A stretch of 59,814 nt of DNA from a virus (taxonomy: Duplodnaviria; Caudoviricetes): positions 1 to 59,814 of IMG/VR virus record IMGVR_UViG_3300032304_000176. One strand, 5' to 3'. The translations under genes were made by a program, and so were the position numbers. Each line of letters starts with the position of its first letter. Positions within the stretch are counted from its first letter, which is position 1. Below the pieces are notes generated by a model. That model ran no database searches and was not told the DNA's origin. It worked only from the letters and a program-made list of their open reading frames with translations. Positions 53,467 to 59,814 of this stretch are shown here, in pieces.

Positions 53467-54388
53467 GAACTACGCAGAACTTTGGCAGACGATACAAGAC
53501 TACACCCAAAACTACGAGACTGATTTCGTAGCGAATATCCCTGTCTTTGTAACTCAGGCAGAAGAGCGTGTGTACAACACCGCCCAAATACCCCCACTGC
53601 GTAGAAACGTCACCGGTACTTCCCAACCTAACAGCCCCTACCTTAGCTGCCCTACCGACTTTTTGTCGGCGTTTTCAATGGCGGTAATTGACGCAAACGG
53701 TAACTACGAGTACCTGCTTAATAAAGATGTTAACTATCTACGTGCAGCGTACCCAAATCCTAACGTTACTGGCGCACCTGCTTACTATGCTTTGTTTGGC
53801 CCAGAGGTGTTAAACAGGGGAGCCACTAACGAATTAAGTTTCATACTAGCCCCAACACCCGACGCACGGTATGATATCGAGTTACATTATTACTACTACC
53901 CCGTATCAATTGTCCAAGGCATTATTCGTCTTTTGGGTAGTATTGTTGGTGGGTCAGGGTACACCAATGGCAGCTATTACCGTGTGCCGTTAACAGGTGG
54001 CACAGGTTCTGGCGCGTCAGCAGATATTATTGTCTCGGGCGGGTCTATTACAGCAGTTACCTTACGTAGCGGTGGTTCGTTTTATACCGTTGGAGATTCG
54101 TTAACTGCTAGTACAACAATTCTTGGCGCAGGTTCGGGTTTCTCAGTTCCTGTCCAAACGCTGATTAATGCGGATGGTTCTTCATGGCTAGGTGATAACT
54201 ACTCACCAGTACTTTTGTATGGCTCGTTGGTTGAAGCCTACATCTTTATGAAGGGCGAGCAGGACATGATGACGTATTACGAGACTAAGTTTAAAGAAGC
54301 TATTGGTCAGCTTAATCGTCTGGGCACTGGTCTCGAACGTGGTGACGCGTATCGTGATGGTCAAGCAAAAATTAAGGTTAATCCGTAA
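53465..54388 (+). CDS. head-tail adaptor-like structural protein with Gly-rich insertion
   Basis: QAEERVY..APTPD..LLYGSLVEAY frame interrupted by a GGSGY..GGTGSGASA segment. Confidence 0.65.
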   Translation: MNYAELWQTIQDYTQNYETDFVANIPVFVTQAEERVYNTAQIPPLRRNVTGTSQPNSPYLSCPTDFLSAFSMAVIDANGNYEYLLNKDVNYLRAAYPNPNVTGAPAYYALFGPEVLNRGATNELSFILAPTPDARYDIELHYYYYPVSIVQGIIRLLGSIVGGSGYTNGSYYRVPLTGGTGSGASADIIVSGGSITAVTLRSGGSFYTVGDSLTASTTILGAGSGFSVPVQTLINADGSSWLGDNYSPVLLYGSLVEAYIFMKGEQDMMTYYETKFKEAIGQLNRLGTGLERGDAYRDGQAKIKVNP

Positions 54389-54804
54389 TGGCTATCGAAC
54401 AGGGGTTAACCACAAGTTTCAAACAGCAGATGATTCAGGCTGGGCAGAACTTGGCAACGGACTCGTTAAAAATAGCGTTGTATACGGCGTTTTCATCTAT
54501 TGGCCCAGATACAACGGTGTACACAACAAGCAATGAGATTACAGGTACAGGATACACAGCCGGTGGCATAGCATTAACGGGAGTGACAATTGGCACTTCA
54601 TCGGACGGCGTGGTGTTTGTAGATTTTGCTAACGCGGTGTGGCCTAATTCGCAGCTCACCGCAAGAGGCGCTCTTATATATAATGTAACAAGAAGCAACG
54701 CGTCTGTAGCGGTATTAGATTTTGGCTCAGACAAAACGATGACCAACTTCACTATTACAATGCCGGTAAATGCGGCAACAACTGCACTAATTCGGTTCCC
54801 ATAG
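54388..54804 (+). CDS. tail-associated structural protein
   Basis: TSFK...KIALYT...NEITGTGYTAGG...VLDFG; paralog of 55018..55503. Confidence 0.7.
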   Translation: MAIEQGLTTSFKQQMIQAGQNLATDSLKIALYTAFSSIGPDTTVYTTSNEITGTGYTAGGIALTGVTIGTSSDGVVFVDFANAVWPNSQLTARGALIYNVTRSNASVAVLDFGSDKTMTNFTITMPVNAATTALIRFP

Positions 54805-54812
54805 GAGATTAC

Positions 54813-55004
54813 ATGCTAATTAGCACAACAAAAGGCGAAATGGATAGCTCCCTTCTGGAGAAAAAAGAAGGTGTAGTAGATACAGAAAATGAAACTACCA
54901 CTTGGGTAGAATATTGGTTGGACGGCGAACTTGTTCATCGTTCTGTTGACATGGTGTTGAAAAAGTACGATGTAAGCGGCGTGCCTGTTGCCGCATCTTT
55001 TTAA
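54813..55004 (+). CDS. small hypothetical protein
   Basis: AGGAG RBS; WVEYWLDGELVHRS. Confidence 0.7.
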   Translation: MLISTTKGEMDSSLLEKKEGVVDTENETTTWVEYWLDGELVHRSVDMVLKKYDVSGVPVAASF

Positions 55005-55017
55005 GTAGAGGACTAAA

Positions 55018-55503
55018 ATGGCAAATACTCAATCGATGTGCACATCGTTCATGGCTGAACTTATGACGGCAACGCACAATTTCGGCACCGCTCCTGTTCG
55101 CGCTGTTACAACAGCAGATACATTTAAAGCGGCGCTATATCTAACAACCGCTACCATCAATGCAGCGACCACGGCTTACACAGCTACAAACGAAGTAACC
55201 AGCGCAAACTACACGGCTGGTGGTGTAACTGTTACTAACGGAACGGCTCCTGCATCGGCAAACGCGTCGGCTACGGCGGGTACGGCTTATTGGACTCCAT
55301 CAGCAAGTATCGTTTACGGTTCTGCTGGTAGCCCTGTGACGTTCTCGTCGTTTGACTGCGTGTTAATTTATAACAGCACTCAATCAAATAAAGCAGTGAG
55401 CGCCCACACGTTTACTGCCCAGACGGTTACATCAGGTACATTTACTTTGACTATGCCTTCTAATACTACTTCGACTGCTCTCTTACGTTTGGCTACTACC
55501 TAA
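55018..55503 (+). CDS. tail-associated structural protein
   Basis: TSFM...FKAALY...NEVTSANYTAGG; paralog of 54388..54804. Confidence 0.7.
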   Translation: MANTQSMCTSFMAELMTATHNFGTAPVRAVTTADTFKAALYLTTATINAATTAYTATNEVTSANYTAGGVTVTNGTAPASANASATAGTAYWTPSASIVYGSAGSPVTFSSFDCVLIYNSTQSNKAVSAHTFTAQTVTSGTFTLTMPSNTTSTALLRLATT

Positions 55504-55509
55504 TAGACC

Positions 55510-56493
55510 ATGTACGGCTTTAACCCCTATTCAGCCGCTCCGTATAGCGCGTTAAGCGGCGGCGTTGTAATTGAGCTGACAGGGGTTTCTGCCAGTGGTC
55601 TTGTAGGTAATGAAACGCCAAACTTTGTCGCTGAGTTATCAGGGGTAAGTGCTACTGGCACGGTTGCTAATGTTGTAGCTGTTCTTGGAGTATCTCTTAC
55701 AGGGGTTTCGGCTTCTGGAAGTGCGGGTACAGTAGTAGCGTTCCCAGAAAGCTCTGCATCGTTGTTCCATAACGAAGCGTTTGGTTTTGCTGGCAATATT
55801 GTAGGCACAAGCGGCCCGAACTTACCTGCTACTGGGGTTCTTGCAACAGGTACGGTTGGTACGGTTACGACGTTGGCTGGCAGTATTGTCGCGCTTAACG
55901 GGGTTACTGCTTCTGGCAATGCGGGTAATGTAGCTACATCCACAACGCTTGGTATTACTGGGGTTAACGCGGTAGGAAATGTCGGCGATGTTACAGGCAC
56001 TAATGCATACTTCCAAACACTAACAGGTGTAGAAGCTGGTGGGTTTAGAGGCACGGTGTTACCTGCTATTGCGTCTGCTTTAAATGGCAACCAAGCCGAA
56101 GGCAGTGTCGGTATTGTTCTTTCGTTTACTGCGGGTGTTGGTGTTGTAGCATTTGGTAACTTAGGCACGATGTTGACGGAGTCAACTAACAACAACTCAG
56201 TAACAGGAGTTAGTGCGGTAGGAAACGTTGGTACAGTAACACCACTAGGTGGGGAAATAAAAGCCGCCACAGGCGTAGCAGCCGCAGGTACAGTTGGAAC
56301 CATCGCTCCGGGTTTTGCAGTTGCGCTTACTGGAGTACAAGCGGCGGCGGCAGTGGCTAGTGTTAACAAAGTAATTTCCGTAGCATTGGCAGGAGCAGCG
56401 GCTAGGGGTTCGGTAGGTGACTTGTACAATGTAGATTGGACGCCTATTAATACTTCTGAGCAAGGCGATTGGGTGTTAATTAATACGATTTAA
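55510..56493 (+). CDS. repeat-rich fibre protein
   Basis: Many degenerate (L)TGV-x-A-x-G-x-VG repeats. Confidence 0.7.
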   Translation: MYGFNPYSAAPYSALSGGVVIELTGVSASGLVGNETPNFVAELSGVSATGTVANVVAVLGVSLTGVSASGSAGTVVAFPESSASLFHNEAFGFAGNIVGTSGPNLPATGVLATGTVGTVTTLAGSIVALNGVTASGNAGNVATSTTLGITGVNAVGNVGDVTGTNAYFQTLTGVEAGGFRGTVLPAIASALNGNQAEGSVGIVLSFTAGVGVVAFGNLGTMLTESTNNNSVTGVSAVGNVGTVTPLGGEIKAATGVAAAGTVGTIAPGFAVALTGVQAAAAVASVNKVISVALAGAAARGSVGDLYNVDWTPINTSEQGDWVLINTI

Positions 56494-56503
56494 AGGTGCC
56501 ACT

Positions 56504-56851
56504 ATGGCGTTAGTTCAAGCAGATCGCGTAAAAGAAACAGCGTCAGCCCCCGGAACCGGAGCGGTTACGTTGTTGGGCGCAGCTACAGGATTCCAACCAT
56601 TTAGCGCAGTGTTGATAGTTAGCGATACGTGCTTCTACACCATAGCAGACCAAGGCGGGGTTAATTGGGAAGTTGGTATCGGCACATACTCAGGTGTAAA
56701 CACCCTGACAAGAACAACAGTTTTATCTTCTAGTAACTCTGGAAGCACAGTTAATTTTAATACCGGTACTCAGGACGTATTCATAACGTACCCTGCTGGA
56801 AAAGCAGTAACAAATCCGCAAGCAGAGTCCTATGCTTGGTTTTTTAGTTAA
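56504..56851 (+). CDS. tail fibre-associated protein
   Basis: MALVQADRVKET...WEVGIGTY...DVFITYPA. Confidence 0.7.
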   Translation: MALVQADRVKETASAPGTGAVTLLGAATGFQPFSAVLIVSDTCFYTIADQGGVNWEVGIGTYSGVNTLTRTTVLSSSNSGSTVNFNTGTQDVFITYPAGKAVTNPQAESYAWFFS

Positions 56852-56860
56852 GGGGCAAAC

Positions 56861-57826
56861 ATGCTTATCCTAGACTCAACATCGAAGTCCATTCAAGCGG
56901 TAATGAGTGGTACGCCTACTACAACTAACCCGGGGTTTGTTACTGCATATTCAGACAATACCGGCGCAACATTTACTGAAGGCGCATCTGATGGCGCGTT
57001 AAACGGCGCATCTACGGTTACTTTAGTAGCAGCCCCTGCGGCTTCTACCCGTCGTATTATCAAAAGCATCAACATAGAGAACTGCGATACAGCCGCCGTT
57101 ACTATAACGATCTACTACAACAACGCTAGTACGCTTCGTATTCTAACCAAAGTCACTTTGCAGGTTGGTGATACATGGACAACCGATGGTACGTTTGATA
57201 CTACAGGCGCGTTGAAGTCAACGGTTGGCACGGTTAATTTGGCTAACGTCTCTGGCGTTCTTCCTGTTGCTAACGGTGGTACAGGTCAGTCTACGTACAC
57301 AGCGGGTGATACAACTTATTACGCTTCAGGCACAACGCTTACCAAACTCTCAATCGGCTCCAACGGTTTCTTGTTGTCTTCTACGGGCAGTGCCCCGCAG
57401 TGGTCTAACCCGACAGGCATTACAGTTGGCACAGCAACTACAGCAACAAACGTCACAGGCGGCGCGGCAGGTTCTTTGGTGTATCAGTCAGGTACAAGTG
57501 CAACTACAACGCTAAATCTAGGTGTCACAAACTACGTTTTAACTGCTGGTGCATCGGCTCCTCAGTATGTAGCGCAAAGTACATTGGCAGTGGGTTCTGC
57601 TACTACAGCGGGTTCTGCAACAACGGCTACTACAGCAACTAATATTGCTGGCGGTGCAAACGGTTCGGTGCCTTATCAAACAGGCTCAGGTGCTACAACA
57701 TTTTTAGCAGCGGGTACAAACGGTAATGTTTTGACCTTAACGGGCGGTGTTCCTACGTGGGCGGCTGCGTCTGGTGGTATTTCAACAGGTAAAAGTATCG
57801 CTATGGCGATGATCTTCGGATTCTAA
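56861..57826 (+). CDS. tail fibre protein
   Basis: GVLPVANGGTG and three G..G.VLT..G..P.W/Y repeats; ends GKSIAMAMIFG. Confidence 0.75.
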   Translation: MLILDSTSKSIQAVMSGTPTTTNPGFVTAYSDNTGATFTEGASDGALNGASTVTLVAAPAASTRRIIKSINIENCDTAAVTITIYYNNASTLRILTKVTLQVGDTWTTDGTFDTTGALKSTVGTVNLANVSGVLPVANGGTGQSTYTAGDTTYYASGTTLTKLSIGSNGFLLSSTGSAPQWSNPTGITVGTATTATNVTGGAAGSLVYQSGTSATTTLNLGVTNYVLTAGASAPQYVAQSTLAVGSATTAGSATTATTATNIAGGANGSVPYQTGSGATTFLAAGTNGNVLTLTGGVPTWAAASGGISTGKSIAMAMIFGF

Positions 57827-57837
57827 GGAGTTATTAA

Positions 57838-58248
57838 ATGGCTAACCCTAATATTGTTAACGTAGTCAGCATTTACGGAAACGTCGGCTACGTTATCCCT
57901 TCGGCGGCAGCTACTGCCACGACATCTTGGACGTATGACGGCACGACTGCTCTTACTGGCTTAAAACCAGCGGTGGGTACAGTTAACCGTATTACGTCTA
58001 TAACAGCGTCGAATACGACATCTAGTGCTGTAACTGCAACGATTGCTATTGGTAACAATGGCACGTTCGGTTCAGCTACTGTGATTACGTATCCTGCGTA
58101 TCAGATTTCAGTGCCGCCAAATGCAACGCTGATCATCATCGACAAGACCAACTCGGTGTACATCACTGAGAATCAGTCTGTTGCTGCTTATTCTGGTACT
58201 GCGAGTGCGCTGACATTTACAGCGACGTTTGAACAGATCACCTCGTAA
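57838..58248 (+). CDS. tail fibre-associated protein
   Basis: MANPNIVNV...ISVPPNATL. Confidence 0.65.
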   Translation: MANPNIVNVVSIYGNVGYVIPSAAATATTSWTYDGTTALTGLKPAVGTVNRITSITASNTTSSAVTATIAIGNNGTFGSATVITYPAYQISVPPNATLIIIDKTNSVYITENQSVAAYSGTASALTFTATFEQITS

Positions 58249-58256
58249 GGTCTAAC

Positions 58257-59126
58257 ATGGGACTTCGTTATCCCGGTGGTTATGTCACGGCGACGTTTAA
58301 TCCGCTTGCCTTAACTTCGTCTGCTGCTAATCTTTTGCTTGTAGCAGGAGGTGGGGGTTCGGGCAAAGATGTTGGGGGAGGAGGCGGCGCTGGCGGCGCA
58401 ATTCTTACTTCTTTTGGTTTTGTAACTGGGACTACGTATAGCATTGCAATTGGTTCTGGTGGGGCTGGCGCAACCTCTGGCGTTGTTGCTAGTAGTGGAA
58501 CAAATTCTACTTTTACTGGTCTCACAGCTTTGGGCGGTGGCGGCGGTACGGGACTTAACGTAAGCGGGGCTACGTCTGGCGGTTCGGGTGGGGGTGCTGG
58601 CGGTTCAAGTTCGTCCGGCACAATTTATGCTGGCGGGGTTGGTACTGTAGGGCAGGGTAATAGCGGCGGCGCAGGAACTTATTACGGGTCAGATAATTTT
58701 CCGGCTGGTGGCGGCGGCGGCGCTGGCTCCTCTGGGGTTAGTGGCGTATCCAGCGTTTCTGCTAGTGGTAATGGCGGAAATGGTATTGCCACAATGATAA
58801 CCGGCTCACAAACGTATTTTGGTGGAGGTGGTGGAGGCGGCGGCTTTAGCCCCACAGGTTTAACAGCTGGCTCGGGCGGTCTTGGTGGTGGCGGCAATGG
58901 TAATGCAGTTTCTGCTGGGTCTGGTACGGCTGGCAGTGCAAACACGGGCGGGGGTGCTGGTGGCCCTGCTGGCGGTGGCCCTACTAACGGCTCTGCTGGC
59001 GGTTCAGGCGTAGCTATCGTTCGTAGTGGTAGAGCAGCAGCTTCCTTCACAGGCTCACCTACAATTACAATGGCTGGCAGTGACTTTGTATATACGTTCA
59101 CTGGCAACGGTTCAATAACATTCTGA
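58257..59126 (+). CDS. glycine-rich (polyglycine) tail / receptor-binding protein
   Basis: LVAGGGG..GGGGAGG..NTGGGAGG..GGSGVAIVR..YTFTGNGSITF. Confidence 0.8.
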   Translation: MGLRYPGGYVTATFNPLALTSSAANLLLVAGGGGSGKDVGGGGGAGGAILTSFGFVTGTTYSIAIGSGGAGATSGVVASSGTNSTFTGLTALGGGGGTGLNVSGATSGGSGGGAGGSSSSGTIYAGGVGTVGQGNSGGAGTYYGSDNFPAGGGGGAGSSGVSGVSSVSASGNGGNGIATMITGSQTYFGGGGGGGGFSPTGLTAGSGGLGGGGNGNAVSAGSGTAGSANTGGGAGGPAGGGPTNGSAGGSGVAIVRSGRAAASFTGSPTITMAGSDFVYTFTGNGSITF

Positions 59127-59133
59127 GGTTGAT

Positions 59134-59589
59134 ATGGCGCACTTTGCAAAGCTTGATGACAACAACGTGGTGCTAGAAGTCAACGCACTCAGCAACCATG
59201 AGCTAGTCACTAGCAAAGATACGGTAGATGAGAACGGCAACGTAGTCGTGTCTTTGGTTGAGTCTGAAGACAAGGGTATTGCATTCTTAACTGCGTGGTC
59301 AGGCGGCCATACTAACTGGAAGCAGACAAGCTACAACGCTACATTCCGTGGCAAGTTTGCAGGTATTGGCGACACGTATGACCCAGTAACTAATTTGTTT
59401 GTGGCTCCTGTAGTGGTGCAGCAAGAAGTTCCTGCTGGCTTGCCTACGATGGATTTGACCGTGTTGGAAACTCAACCAGAAGCCGCTATTACGTCACAAG
59501 CAGTGGTTGATTTAAGCTCAACTGACTTACCTGCATTTACTAGCAGCGATGTAGCTGCATTGACTTCAGAACAAATTACGGGGCTATAA
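59134..59589 (+). CDS. tail fibre-associated protein
   Basis: MAHFAKLD...WKQTSYN..FRGKFAGIG.TYD....F..P. Confidence 0.7.
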   Translation: MAHFAKLDDNNVVLEVNALSNHELVTSKDTVDENGNVVVSLVESEDKGIAFLTAWSGGHTNWKQTSYNATFRGKFAGIGDTYDPVTNLFVAPVVVQQEVPAGLPTMDLTVLETQPEAAITSQAVVDLSSTDLPAFTSSDVAALTSEQITGL

Positions 59590-59590
59590 A

Positions 59591-59814
59591 ATGCCACAAT
59601 ACCAAGGTGTATGGACGCTAGAGGCGCAAGCTCAAGCTCAGTCTAATCAGCAATGGGTAACTGACCCTAATTTCAAGAACACCACTCTGCTGTTACAAGC
59701 AGACGGTACAGGCAGCGGTTCGCAGAACAATACCTTCTTAGATAGCAGTACCAACAACTTCTTCATCACTAGAAACGGTAATACTACCCAAGGTTCGTTC
59801 TCGCCGTTTAGTCA
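59591..59814 (+). CDS. partial tail protein (probably the N-terminus of a lectin/LamG-type protein)
   Basis: Open to the window edge: MPQYQGVWTL...DPNFKNTTLLLQADG...NNTFLDSSTNNF.ITRNGNTTQGSFSPF. Confidence 0.65.
   Translation, partial: MPQYQGVWTLEAQAQAQSNQQWVTDPNFKNTTLLLQADGTGSGSQNNTFLDSSTNNFFITRNGNTTQGSFSPFS

Noticed and set aside
55527-56429. 300-aa antisense ORF (also 9453..10076, 12311..12772, 58682..59149 and similar)
   Set aside because: These are shadows of low-complexity or codon-biased sense genes that overlap better-supported CDSs almost completely.
55510-59814. Diversity-generating retroelement or invertible tail-fibre cassette
   Set aside because: No reverse transcriptase, invertase or template/variable repeat pair was seen in the window.
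1-59814. Stop-codon reassignment, introns or inteins
   Set aside because: Core genes (TerL, portal, MCP, PolA, helicases) are intact and of ordinary length in the standard code.

Overview
This window is most of a ~60 kb+ tailed dsDNA phage genome with podovirus-like organisation, and both ends cut genes. It has two divergent arms meeting at about 39.7-40.0 kb. The + arm (40098-59814, apparently continuing at 1-18200) encodes terminase, portal, GroES, scaffold, major capsid, a cluster of small basic proteins, tail and fibre proteins, holin and lysozyme, ejection proteins and a 2532-aa polyvalent protein. The - arm (39654-18270) encodes early small genes, a MoxR-AAA/vWA-metallopeptidase operon, a family A DNA polymerase, an exonuclease, an SNF2 helicase, an SSB and a primase-helicase. 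No integrase, CRISPR array or canonical tRNA was seen. The most interesting signals are: (1) a short [FYMW]-x-x-G-G motif shared by ejection proteins and small basic proteins, with a candidate cognate domain; (2) a 15-bp palindrome repeated 7 times across the early arm, mostly fused to RBSs; (3) a 73-nt tRNA-shaped element with a broken anticodon arm ahead of the terminase; (4) three structured RNA candidates in gene leaders; (5) a hyperacidic repeat protein in a terminator-flanked cassette; (6) an L,D-transpeptidase-like domain inside the polyvalent protein. All family names come from motif recognition by eye, not from database searches.
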